DNA of 61,911 nucleotides, counting the filler, from Pirum gemmata (taxonomy: Eukaryota): the NCBI GenBank assembly GCA_002812295.1. It is 14 parts of 14 records of this genome, joined end to end, with 100 filler letters (N's around TTAATTAATTAA, not from the genome) between each part and the next. Parts side by side here need not be neighbours in the genome. Positions count along the whole stretch, not along the records: positions 8,874 to 12,931 come from PDIN01001294.1; positions 13,032 to 17,301 come from PDIN01001295.1; positions 17,402 to 21,689 come from PDIN01001296.1; positions 21,790 to 26,102 come from PDIN01001297.1; 10 more parts are not named here. One strand, 5' to 3'. The translations under genes were made by a program, and so were the position numbers. Of the stretch, positions 12,174-22,784 are shown piece after piece (position 1 is the first letter of the stretch; each line of letters starts with the position of its first letter). The notes below the pieces were generated by a model. It was not told the DNA's origin and ran no database searches. It saw only the letters and a program-made list of their open reading frames with translations.

Positions 12174-12410
12174 TAACCCTAACCCTAACCCTAACCCTAA
12201 CCCTAACCCTAACCCTAACCCTAACCCTAACCCTAACCCTAACCCTAACCCTAACCCTAACCCTAACCCTAACCCTAACCCTAACCCTAACCCCTAACCC
12301 TAACCCTAGCTAGACCCTAACCCTAGACCCTAACCCTAACCCTAACCCTAGACCCTAACCCTAACCCTAGCTAGACCCTAACCCTAGACCCTAACCCTAA
12401 CCCTAACCCT
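12174..12410 (-). repeat. Interstitial (CCCTAA)n array with TAGA/TAGCTAGA interruptions
   Basis: Long telomere-type array. Others occur at about 3893-3930, 4199-4245, 21893-21967, 38830-38876, 41437-41526, 42159-42358, 42680-42900, 51667-51741, 54550-54660 and 59341-59460. Confidence 0.95.
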
Positions 12411-13060
12411 ATGCTAACTTGCAAGATAATACGTCACGTCAAGGGGTAGGTAGATAGGTGGTATTTGACAGGAAATTAACATCGAGGGGTAGGAAGATAG
12501 GGGTATTTGAAGCTGTATTTGACCGAAAATTAGCGTTACTAAATGATACACTTTTGGTCTTTTTTATTGGGTATTCAAATTTCTTTTTTTTTTTTTTTTT
12601 TTTTTATATCATATTAAATCGAGTTTTCAAGCCTATGCATTAATCAATAAGTTCGAAATTTTAAGCTAACAATTAAGTATTCGAGTATATTTATTTATTT
12701 ATAAATCTGAAAAAATGGAAAAATAATTTTCGAACAGGGCTGAATTTCGGCTTTTTATAGTGCGGTCAGCCTAAAGACTGCAAAAAATCGAAATTTGTGC
12801 CAAATTTCACTCAAAAAAAAATCACCCAAATATAGGTTTAAGTTACCAAAAAAGTAACTATTTTACCTAAAATGGCAATTAAATTTACTACATATGGTCA
12901 TATTATCTATTATTATTATTATTATTATTATNNNNNNNNNNNNNNNNNNNNNNNNNNNNNNNNNNNNNNNNNNNNTTAATTAATTAANNNNNNNNNNNNN
13001 NNNNNNNNNNNNNNNNNNNNNNNNNNNNNNNTATTATTATTATTATTATTATTATTATTG

Positions 13061-13588
13061 ATTATCAAAAAAATGGTACTTGGTGCCATATTATTGTATT
13101 CGTTGCTACTGCCTGGTTTCGATGCTACTTTCTGCTACTACCATAATATTATCTGCATCTGAATATTCATAGTTAATTTCGGTAATTTGTTATCTTCCAC
13201 ATTTCATATTCGTTGTTACCAGTACTTCAGTACCAACTTCGGTTTTCTCATTCGTTTCAATTTCATTAAATTGATTATATTGATTATCTTGCTTATTATC
13301 AAAAATGGCAATTTCGTCATCATGATTCCATAACGAATTCTGTCGCTGATCTTTCATCTAATAAATAATGGCCACTTTTGTTTTAGATTCTGGATCTGCT
13401 TCACGATTCGCAAGGCTGGTTACTTTACACACATCCTCTTGGAATTCAGAAATAAGGTAGTCATTATCAATATCACGACTTGTTTCCCCGCTGCTATAGG
13501 TTAGCTTAACATTATCATGTTGTTTAAACAAAATACGAATGACTTTTTGAGCGTTGTTTTTATAACAATCTAACTGTAGTGGATGATC
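13061..13588 (-). pseudogene. Coding-like frame of 176 codons with four in-frame TAR stops
   Basis: Reads DHPLQLDCYKNNAQKVIRILFK...VAIIY*MKDQ...KCGR*QITE...ETRQ*QRIQ*YG with no frameshift and no TGA. Family not recognised. Confidence 0.45.
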
Positions 13589-13762
13589 ATTTTATTGAAT
13601 ACGAGGATGATGATATAATTAGGAAATTAAATGCTCAATTAGAATTAAATAGTTTTCAGGACGAAAAAATTAATGCAAATAATTACAATAAAAACAACGA
13701 TAAAAAACAAATTTAAAAATTTATTAATTAATTATAATTTATTTATTTATTTATTTAAATTA

Positions 13763-13798
<36 letters not shown>

Positions 13799-13864
13799 TT
13801 TTCATTTTACTTATTTTATTTTCTTATTTTATTTCTTTATTATTGAATTTTATTTAGTAGTCAT

Positions 13865-13899
<35 letters not shown>

Positions 13900-13978
13900 T
13901 GTTTTACATATTTTATTTTCTTATTTTATTTCTTTATTTTAATTGAATTTTATTTAGTAGTCATTGAAAATAAGAAAA

Positions 13979-16753
13979 TTATACAGCACTAAAAATTTGA
14001 TCGGTAGATTGAGTTTCCGTGGAATCAATATCCACAGCTCCTATTGGTAACCCAAACCCATAACCACTGAAATTCTTTTTTTCCTTTTTCCCTGTATAAT
14101 TATTATTACTATCAACATCAAAACTGAAAGAACTTCGACTTCCCCAATTTGATAGAGTATCACTTTGTTCATGTCTTAATTGAGCCATGTTAATATCTCT
14201 TTGAGCATCAGGACAAATAATTTCTCCCTCAGATGGACCAAATATTAAAGTTAGTAACGATACTGTTCCTACTGCAAAGAACATCCAATGTGCAAAAAGC
14301 ATACCAAGAGCACACCCTCTCATACCAGAATTAACGTAAACCCTTTCATCAGAAGAGAGAGCTATAATTGTTTCCCATTCCCAGAACACTTCTACAATTA
14401 TTTCGAGAACAACATACAACAAAAAGTTGTAATACTTGATTGGCACAATTATATGCTGAACTACTAATGGTAAAAGACCAGCAATTAGTGTGGTTGTTAG
14501 TGGTAAAAGTCCAGTGGACACAGCTGCTATTACGTAAGCAGACATACTGTGATGAAGAAGTAAACCAAGTGAATCTACAAAACCACAAATAGTTGTAATA
14601 CGACGATTTGTTTTGGCATTCTTTGTAAGGTAGTAGTGGTCACATTCTTTCAAGTGTAAACTAACTAATAAACCGTTAATAATTTCTGGAAATCCCCATT
14701 TAAACAAGACCGGAATTAGCATAGGCAGTGTCATAACTGATTGTGAAAGGATAGTAACAGATAGAAGTGGGGCAAACAAAATTTGAGATAAAATCCACAA
14801 TCTTTGAGAAGTCGCTTGACTGTAATAACCATTATTCGTAACTAAAGGACCAATAATCATTTCTAAAGCCAATCCTGCTATAACTATACCAATCGCAAGG
14901 GTAGTAGTAGAAAATTGCATGTAACGAACAACAGACCAAGTTGATGTAGGAGACCAGTTATTTAAGTTAAATACCCATGTTGATTGCTCGTAAGGATATT
15001 GATTGTATAAGTTTTGAATCATTGTTTTCACATCATATTCCCAAGTTTTTTCAAGGTTAACTTGAGCATAATCGAACCCTAAAGAAGCCAGTAACTCCCA
15101 AGAGTCTTGTGTATTTGGCGGTGTTATAGTGAAACTAACTGGTTCACCTGTTTCACTCATGTTCTTCGTCAATTCTTCAGCAAAATTTCTAAAAACAAAA
15201 CCTGAGTACAAATAGCTTAACATAAATTTTTCAGAGTAATCCGCTTCAGTGGTGCACATAACCTGTGGGATTAAATAAGGTGCAAAGGCTAGTCCACCTC
15301 TATGGTCCTTTTCTGCAGCGGTGGCCAACATATAAGCTATAAAAGAGTCGGCCCATTCTTTTCCGGCAGGAAATAGAAAAGTTGAATTTTGAATCTTAAA
15401 GTAATGATTTTTAACATTTACTGCCAATTTAATTCCCAGTTTAGCACCTACCCCAACTCCATCAACGATATTTTCTTTCACCGCATCTAGCAATTGTAAT
15501 TGAAAGGCATTGAGTAAAGCAGCCTGTTCTTTGCCATCTAAATTTTTGAAATCACCAGCTCTATATACTGCAATGTTTTTAAGCAAAGTATAAAAATTAA
15601 AGTATTGTAACTCTCCAATCAGTTCTCTGTTATTGGCAAACAGATCTTCAATAACGAAATTAGCAAAGACATCATTCTCAACCATCTCATTAACAATGGT
15701 ATCTAATATTACTAATCCGATACCAATCGTACTCATTGAATTAAGACTAGATTGTGTTTCTTGGAACTTCTGGAAATTTTGAGCAAGCTGGTAATCGGAT
15801 TGAAGTAATTGACATAAAAACTGTTTTAATATCTGATTATTTCTTAAACAACTGTTACTCTGATTAAAAAGTATTGCTAGTTTTACTTGTGGTCCTCCAT
15901 TTGCCTCTAAAAGAGGTAAAACTTTACTTTTCAATAAGGGAGAAAAAATTACATCTAAAACAACATGAAACTGGGTCATGTTGAATTCGGCAGCTTGTTG
16001 TTGAGGATTAAAATTAAGAGCTTGTGATATTGTGGTTATACATTGTTCAAATTGGCCATTTAATTCATCTGACATCTGAGCGCCATCACCAGCATCGTTA
16101 AAGTTACCTTCGTGATTAATCAAAAACTTTTCAACTACAGGTAGTGTATTTTTAGCATCTTGTAAAGCTGCATATCTATAGTCAAGAGGTTCGAAGTCTA
16201 CCTTAGGATTGTATCTAGCTTTTTCGTTCAATGCATCTAGATAAAGAATACTGAACATCTGCGTAACTAATATGATTAAAAAGACGATTAAACAACAAAG
16301 AAGGACTCTACGAATAACTTTTGGCATTTTAATTACTTCTGCCATATCTTGCTTCATAACCAAACAAGGACAATCATATTTATCTTCTGCGTTTGTTTCA
16401 GCTTTGCGTTTGTTTCCATGGCCAAATTTACTTTTATTAAATTCATCAATAGACACGTGTACTTCTTCAGGATTTGTAATATCCTCTTCAGTAGTTTCCA
16501 TGTACATATTATTAACTCCATTAACTATGCTATCTATTTGTGCCGAAATGGTTGCAAAGCCAATTGTACTCAATGTGGAAGTTTCAGTATTGTTTTCTTC
16601 GGAAAGAGGATCTATATTTAAGTGTTCGTTGGCAGGCATTTCGTTTTCTTCGCCAAAGTTCAAACTTGCGACAGACTCTCCATCATTAAAATCATCTGTA
16701 CTAGGTAAGTCGTCAATAGTTGTGAATATGGATGGTAAAGTATCCTCGGACAT
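13979..16753 (-). CDS. Uncharacterised multi-pass membrane protein (924 aa, intronless)
   Basis: Long clean ORF with an acidic N-terminus, one TM helix near aa 150-172, a large soluble domain, then about 7 hydrophobic helices carrying FKWGFPE, LLHH, QH, EVFWEWE and MLFAHW motifs. Confidence 0.9.
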   Translation of the reverse strand: MSEDTLPSIFTTIDDLPSTDDFNDGESVASLNFGEENEMPANEHLNIDPLSEENNTETSTLSTIGFATISAQIDSIVNGVNNMYMETTEEDITNPEEVHVSIDEFNKSKFGHGNKRKAETNAEDKYDCPCLVMKQDMAEVIKMPKVIRRVLLCCLIVFLIILVTQMFSILYLDALNEKARYNPKVDFEPLDYRYAALQDAKNTLPVVEKFLINHEGNFNDAGDGAQMSDELNGQFEQCITTISQALNFNPQQQAAEFNMTQFHVVLDVIFSPLLKSKVLPLLEANGGPQVKLAILFNQSNSCLRNNQILKQFLCQLLQSDYQLAQNFQKFQETQSSLNSMSTIGIGLVILDTIVNEMVENDVFANFVIEDLFANNRELIGELQYFNFYTLLKNIAVYRAGDFKNLDGKEQAALLNAFQLQLLDAVKENIVDGVGVGAKLGIKLAVNVKNHYFKIQNSTFLFPAGKEWADSFIAYMLATAAEKDHRGGLAFAPYLIPQVMCTTEADYSEKFMLSYLYSGFVFRNFAEELTKNMSETGEPVSFTITPPNTQDSWELLASLGFDYAQVNLEKTWEYDVKTMIQNLYNQYPYEQSTWVFNLNNWSPTSTWSVVRYMQFSTTTLAIGIVIAGLALEMIIGPLVTNNGYYSQATSQRLWILSQILFAPLLSVTILSQSVMTLPMLIPVLFKWGFPEIINGLLVSLHLKECDHYYLTKNAKTNRRITTICGFVDSLGLLLHHSMSAYVIAAVSTGLLPLTTTLIAGLLPLVVQHIIVPIKYYNFLLYVVLEIIVEVFWEWETIIALSSDERVYVNSGMRGCALGMLFAHWMFFAVGTVSLLTLIFGPSEGEIICPDAQRDINMAQLRHEQSDTLSNWGSRSSFSFDVDSNNNYTGKKEKKNFSGYGFGLPIGAVDIDSTETQSTDQIFSAV

Positions 16754-17580
16754 ATTGTATTCTTCAAGCTCTATATCTATTATTATAGTTTAAATTTGTA
16801 GTTAGTACCATGTTATATGTACGGGGTAAAGATTAGGATTATATCTCATTATTAATTAAAATTAAAATCATATTATTAATATTATTATTATTATAAAGGT
16901 GCAAGGGGTAAAGATTGGTATTATGATGGAGTGACATTGATTTAATATTTGGTTTGAATTGATTAAAAGGGTTATAGAGTTTTAATGTTTGATGATTAAT
17001 TAAGCAACTTACTTTCCCTTGAATATCCCGTACTGTCAGTCTTTTGTCCAAAAACCATATTGAATTATTTATAATTTAAGTGAATATTTATTTGTTTTTA
17101 TATATTTATATTTTTTATATTATCTACTTTAGTCAAAATATATTTGTTTAAATAATTAGTAATATTTAATAATAATTTTAAAAACCAAAGCAAAAAAAAC
17201 CACTAAGTAAGAACTAGTTAACTTTTTTGTTAGGGTGGTGATTTTTTCCATAATTACGTGTATTTTACCCGTTTTATACCTTTTTTTTTTTTTTTTTTTT
17301 TNNNNNNNNNNNNNNNNNNNNNNNNNNNNNNNNNNNNNNNNNNNNTTAATTAATTAANNNNNNNNNNNNNNNNNNNNNNNNNNNNNNNNNNNNNNNNNNN
17401 NTTTTTTTTACCTTTTTTCAAAACTTATATATATCAATAAATGTTTGCTCAAATTCAAAAATTCAAAAAATAAAACTAAGAAACTTTGTCATGACGAATC
17501 GTTCCGGCTTATTATTCTATGTCGTTTCTATTATTTTTTATAACTAATGAAAAGGTTTTATTGTTTTTTTTGCATTGTCG

Positions 17581-17716
17581 AAAAAGAAAATATAGTGATG
17601 AAATGTTTTCTTTAAATTCGGAAACTGTTTTGTACAAGGATAATTATCGTGTTCAATATGGTGCAACGAAACATTGAAATTAGCACATACACTTAACCTA
17701 GGTAATCTTATCTTAC

Positions 17717-17752
<36 letters not shown>

Positions 17753-17869
17753 GTTTATGTGCTAATTTCAATGTTTCGTTGCACCCCATTATTGAAAACG
17801 ATAATTTATCCTTGTACAAAACAGTATCCAAAATTAAAGCTTCCATCTCATCACTATATTTTCTTTTTT
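17581..17869. repeat. Diverged inverted duplication (about 110-bp arms) around an (AAT)n spacer
   Basis: 17581-17689 is the reverse complement of 17756-17869, for example GGTGCAACGAAACATTGAAATTAGCACATA / TATGTGCTAATTTCAATGTTTCGTTGCACC. Confidence 0.85.
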
Positions 17870-18059
17870 GTATTGATGGGTTTCCAGGCAAGCCATTCTT
17901 TACCGGCTCAGGGTACTTTTCTTCAAAGCACAAGTTACATTTTTGGGAAGCTTGAGCATGGAAAACTCAGTCTAAAAAAAACAAATAATAATAATAATAA
18001 TAATATTAATAATAATAATATTAATAATAAAAATAATAATAATTAGGGCTAAGCAAGAA

Positions 18060-21000
18060 ATGAGACAAAGTCCATCCAAAAAATCCTTCCTTGGTCGTGC
18101 CACAGTCAAAACTAATAGCGAACCAGATGCAACACTTAAAAAATCGCAATCTAACGCTAGCAGAAAAAGTAAAAAAGGTAAAAGTCCGGCAAAAGTAAAA
18201 GAAATTAAAACTACATCCGCGGTGGATAAGAAAAAGGACAAGAAGACGAAAAATAAATCTGTGATCAATAACCACAACTTAACAGCAGAACCAAAAGCAG
18301 CCGAAGAAAATAAAGAAAGTAAAGAAAGTAAAGAAGAAAATAAAAAGGAAGAAAATGCTAGTGAAATAATAAAAAGCAACGACGGTGGTAATGCCAAATC
18401 ACCACCAAGTAATTCTACAGTAAACAAGAAGAAAGAGAAAACTAATAGACACAAATCTACCGTCAACAACCTTGACATAAAACAAGAATCAAAAGTGGAA
18501 GAAAAAGAAAAAACAGCAGTTAATAAAAAACAACAAAAGAAAACTAGACATAAAAGCACGTTACAATCACACTCTGTTGAGCACATTGCTCACGAAAAAA
18601 ATGCATTTGTTATTGAAACGAGATCACCCACAGCGCCACGAAAAAACACTAACCAAATTCATAAAATAGATAGCACTAATCAAGCTGCTTTGGCTCGGTC
18701 AGCTGCTGAACTAGAACAAACAAACTCTGATTTGTCAAATAGAATGACTCTTATCAGTAGTAGTAATGAGATCAGTCAAGATTTAATTGAAGGCATTAAC
18801 GATTTAGTTGGAGTTTTAGTTGAAGAAGAAGAAACTGAGGTAAAACAAGATAAAGTAGAAGAAGAATTGGTTTTAGACGAAATCGACAATGCTAACGTTG
18901 AGGATATCTCCGGTGAGCAGTTTGAGTCTTTATTGAAAAGAACGATCAGTGAAGCTGAGATTGAAAACCAAAAGATTACCGACGCTGAAAAAGAAAAAGA
19001 AGAAGAGTTATATCAAACCAAAGTTCAATTAGCAGAGGAAGCTAAAAAGGAAATTGTCAGAGAACGAAAGATGTCGCAACAAAAAATTGAAAGACAATTA
19101 AAAAAACACACCGAGCAATCCTCTGCCTTTGATTCGTTAGAAGAATTGGCTGACCAAATGGAAGATGAGTTTGAAGCGAGGTTGGACCTGCTAGTTGAAA
19201 CCGAAATTAGCGAAGAAACTATTGAACCGGTAGAAGTTGAAAACAGTGAACTCAAACGAACTTTAACAGGCGAAGAAAAAAGACGAGAAGAGGAACGGTT
19301 AGCCAGAGATATGTTAGAAACAGCTAGAAAAGAAGAAGAAGCCTTACAAGAAGAAATGAAAGCCATTCAAGATAGGTTAGAAGCTAAGAAGCAGATGAGA
19401 ATCGAAGCGGAAATGAAAGCGAAGGAACTTCGCAGACTTGAAACCGAAAGAAAAGTGGAACTTAAAGCCGCAGAAAAAGCTGAAACAGAAAGACTTGCCA
19501 TCGAAAAAGCTAAGAGAGAAAGGCTTGCAGCTGAAGCTGAAATCGCTGAGAAGGCTGAAATTGAACGGATCGCTGCTAAACAAGCTGAAGCTGAACGAGT
19601 AGCCTCTGAAAATGCTGAAACTGAAAGACTTGCCGCTAAAAAAGTTGAAGCAGAAAGACTTGCTGCTGAACAAGCTGAGACAGAAAGACTTGCAGCTGAA
19701 CAAGCTGAAAAAGTTGAAGCAGAAAGACTTGCTGCTGAACAAGCTGAAAAAGTTGAAGCAGAAAGGCTTGCGGCTGAACAAGCTGAGGCAGAAAGACTTG
19801 CTGCTGAACAAGCTGAGGCTGCTGAGGCCGCAGAAAGACTTGCAGCTGAACAAGCTGAAACAGAAAGACTTGCAGCTGAACAAGCTGAAACAGCAAGACT
19901 TGCAGCTGAACAAGCTGAAACAGAAAGACTTGCAGCTGAACAAGCTGAAAAAGTTGAAGCAGAAAGGCTTGCTGCTGAACAAGCTGAGGCCGCTGAAAAG
20001 GCTGAAATAGAACGGATCGCTGCCGAACAAGCCGAAGCTGAACGATTAGCCGCCGAAAGTGCTGAAACAGAAAGACTTGTCGCTGAAAAAGTCGAAGCAG
20101 AAAGGCTTGCTGCTGAACAAGCTGTGATAGAACGACTAGCTGCTGAACAAGCTGAGACAGAACGACTGGCCTCTGAAAGGGTTATTGAGCAAGCTGCGGT
20201 CGCCGAAAAAGTTGAAACTGAAATACTAGCCGCTATTGAGCAAGCCACAGAACACGTGGGTTCTGAACAAAACGCAGAAGAGCAAGTTGTTGGAATGGAA
20301 ACATACAAAACTGATGAAATCGATTTTGAAGCACTTACGGATGACAGTGGGTTTGATTTTGAACTAGAAATCGAAGAAGAACAGAACATGGAGGCTGATA
20401 AAACAGCTAAAGAACAACGCCTTCAAGCTGAAAAAGAAGCTGAGGAACAACGCCTTCAAGCTGAAAAAGAAGTTGAAGAGCAGCGTCTTCAAGCTGAAAA
20501 AGACGCTGAAGAGCGCCTTCAAGCTGGAAAAGAAGTTGAAGAGCAACGCCTTCAAGCTGAAAAAGAAGCCGAAGAGCAAAGCTTTCAAGCGGAAAAAGAA
20601 GCCGAGGAACAACGCCGTCAAGCTGAAAAAGAATCCGAAGAGCAACGCCTTCGAGCTGAAAAAGAAGCTGAGGAACAACGCCTTCAAGCTGAGAAAGAAG
20701 CCAAAGAGCAACGCCTTCAAGCTGAACAAAAAGCTGAGGAACAACGGCGCCTTCAAGTTGAAAAAGAAGCCGTAGAACAAACAAAAGATTGTGAAAGTTC
20801 CTCCTCAGATTCCGCTTCAGAGTCAGATTCAGAAAAATGTAATAACACCACAATTTCCATAAGTGAAGTTGTTGAGCCAGCATTCTCCCTGAACAAAGTA
20901 GTATCTGAACCGTCTTTAAACGAAATTTGCAATGACAGCGACGAACAAGAAGAAGAAGAAAACATCTGCATTGCTTCAAAATCCGCTACTAGTTTGAAAT

Positions 21001-21404
21001 CATTATGGGAGGTACGTTCTAAAAAAGCCGAAGATGAAATGTCTCGTGATGTGTTCTCTAAACATTACAAAGGCACAAGTAAATTGAGAAAGGGAGACGC
21101 AGGGTATGGAACAGCCGTGGAAGGAAGCAAAACAGCAGAAAGAGCTGTCGCTGCACAAGAATGGGTAGAAAAGGAGGTGGCTAAATTGTTAGAGGTAATC
21201 AGAGAAACCGGTCAAGAACAAGATGGTGTGGTTACTGTAACCTTCGGCGAAATGTTTGAAGCTTACGAAACGATTTCTGATAGTTTGGTTGGCATGTTAA
21301 AACGGGCTAAAAAGAGAAACATACTTACATTCGAATCCGACATGTTATTTCAAGGTGTGCACGACAAAGAAGTTATTACATGGAGAATTGATGCACAAAA
21401 TTAA
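18060..21404 (+). CDS. Costars-domain (ABRA/STARS-like) protein with long charged helical repeats
   Basis: The C-terminus LRKGDAGYGTAVEGSKTAERA...EVAKLLEVIRETG...VTFGEMFEAYETISDSLVGMLKRAKKRNILTFESDMLFQGVHDKEVIT matches the ABRA/Costars domain. The middle carries AEQAETERLA and EKEAEEQRLQA repeats. Confidence 0.92.
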   Translation: MRQSPSKKSFLGRATVKTNSEPDATLKKSQSNASRKSKKGKSPAKVKEIKTTSAVDKKKDKKTKNKSVINNHNLTAEPKAAEENKESKESKEENKKEENASEIIKSNDGGNAKSPPSNSTVNKKKEKTNRHKSTVNNLDIKQESKVEEKEKTAVNKKQQKKTRHKSTLQSHSVEHIAHEKNAFVIETRSPTAPRKNTNQIHKIDSTNQAALARSAAELEQTNSDLSNRMTLISSSNEISQDLIEGINDLVGVLVEEEETEVKQDKVEEELVLDEIDNANVEDISGEQFESLLKRTISEAEIENQKITDAEKEKEEELYQTKVQLAEEAKKEIVRERKMSQQKIERQLKKHTEQSSAFDSLEELADQMEDEFEARLDLLVETEISEETIEPVEVENSELKRTLTGEEKRREEERLARDMLETARKEEEALQEEMKAIQDRLEAKKQMRIEAEMKAKELRRLETERKVELKAAEKAETERLAIEKAKRERLAAEAEIAEKAEIERIAAKQAEAERVASENAETERLAAKKVEAERLAAEQAETERLAAEQAEKVEAERLAAEQAEKVEAERLAAEQAEAERLAAEQAEAAEAAERLAAEQAETERLAAEQAETARLAAEQAETERLAAEQAEKVEAERLAAEQAEAAEKAEIERIAAEQAEAERLAAESAETERLVAEKVEAERLAAEQAVIERLAAEQAETERLASERVIEQAAVAEKVETEILAAIEQATEHVGSEQNAEEQVVGMETYKTDEIDFEALTDDSGFDFELEIEEEQNMEADKTAKEQRLQAEKEAEEQRLQAEKEVEEQRLQAEKDAEERLQAGKEVEEQRLQAEKEAEEQSFQAEKEAEEQRRQAEKESEEQRLRAEKEAEEQRLQAEKEAKEQRLQAEQKAEEQRRLQVEKEAVEQTKDCESSSSDSASESDSEKCNNTTISISEVVEPAFSLNKVVSEPSLNEICNDSDEQEEEENICIASKSATSLKSLWEVRSKKAEDEMSRDVFSKHYKGTSKLRKGDAGYGTAVEGSKTAERAVAAQEWVEKEVAKLLEVIRETGQEQDGVVTVTFGEMFEAYETISDSLVGMLKRAKKRNILTFESDMLFQGVHDKEVITWRIDAQN

Positions 21405-21657
21405 AAAAGCTCGTATTTTGTTTTGTATTATTACATTTTTTAATAAATAAATAAATAAATATTTTAATTATATTTACAGGTATAAATTTACATTTCATGT
21501 ATTGTCTTTGTTTTATGCGATTTATAAATATTTATATTAGTACTTTGTTGTTGTTGTTGTTTGCTGTTGCTGTTGCTGTTATTATTATTATTATCATTAT
21601 TATCAATATATCATTTATTTATTATCAATAATATTAATTCTTATAATTCTTATAATT

Positions 21658-21689
<32 letters not shown>

Positions 21690-21987
21690 NNNNNNNNNNN
21701 NNNNNNNNNNNNNNNNNNNNNNNNNNNNNNNNNTTAATTAATTAANNNNNNNNNNNNNNNNNNNNNNNNNNNNNNNNNNNNNNNNNNNNTATTATTTATT
21801 ATTTATTATTTTTTATTATCTAACCCCAACCCTAACCAATGGCGAAAATATCCCAAAATTTACTATATATATCAACATATTGTTTACTTTGAACCCTGAC
21901 CCTGACCCTAACTCTTACCTAACCCTAACCCTAACCCTAACCCTAACCCTAACCCTAACCCTAACCCAATTTTATTTTTTAAATAAG

Positions 21988-22715
21988 GTAAAGTGTTGTT
22001 CAAATCTGATGTAGAGGCTCTAATTAAGTTTGATTTTGATGGGGATGAGCAGTATGTGGTTTTCAACGACATTGTTGTAACTAGTAGAGCAGAAGAAAAA
22101 AGAGAGAAAGAAGAAATGGAATTGAAAAAAGCAGGTTTATCGCTAACCCAAACCCAACCACACCCAGAACCACCAACAGACTTGGATAAAACAACTAATT
22201 CTGACCATGTGATTGAAGCAAGCACGTGCACCAGTTCATGCGTCAAGATAGAAACTAGTATAATAGATACAAAACCAACTATAACTACAAGTCCAAGTCC
22301 AGCTACAAGTACAAGTACAAGTACAAGTACAAGTACAAATACAAGTACAAATACAAATACAAATACAAATACAAATACAAATACAAATACAAGTACAAGT
22401 ACAACTTCAACTACAATGACCACTCCAACTATAACCACAAGCCCAACTACTACAAATACAACTACAACTACTGGTTCAACTACAACTGCAACTACTGGTC
22501 CAACTACAACTACAACTACAACTACAGCCCCAACTACAACAGCTGCAACGACAACTACTAGCACGGGCAAAAGTGAAAATACACTTACAATATCAAATAT
22601 CATTTTAGATTCTAAACTGAGCACAAATTTTGATGAAATACCTTCATCAAAGAGTACAAAGATAAAGTCAGGGACCTGTAACAGTGCAGACACTAAACCA
22701 AAATCAACGTCACCC

Positions 22716-22748
<33 letters not shown>

Positions 22749-22750
22749 GC

Positions 22751-22784
<34 letters not shown>

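Noticed and set aside
13979..21404. Divergent gene pair or functional cluster of the membrane protein and the Costars gene
   Set aside because: An artificial linker separates them, so adjacency is not evidence.
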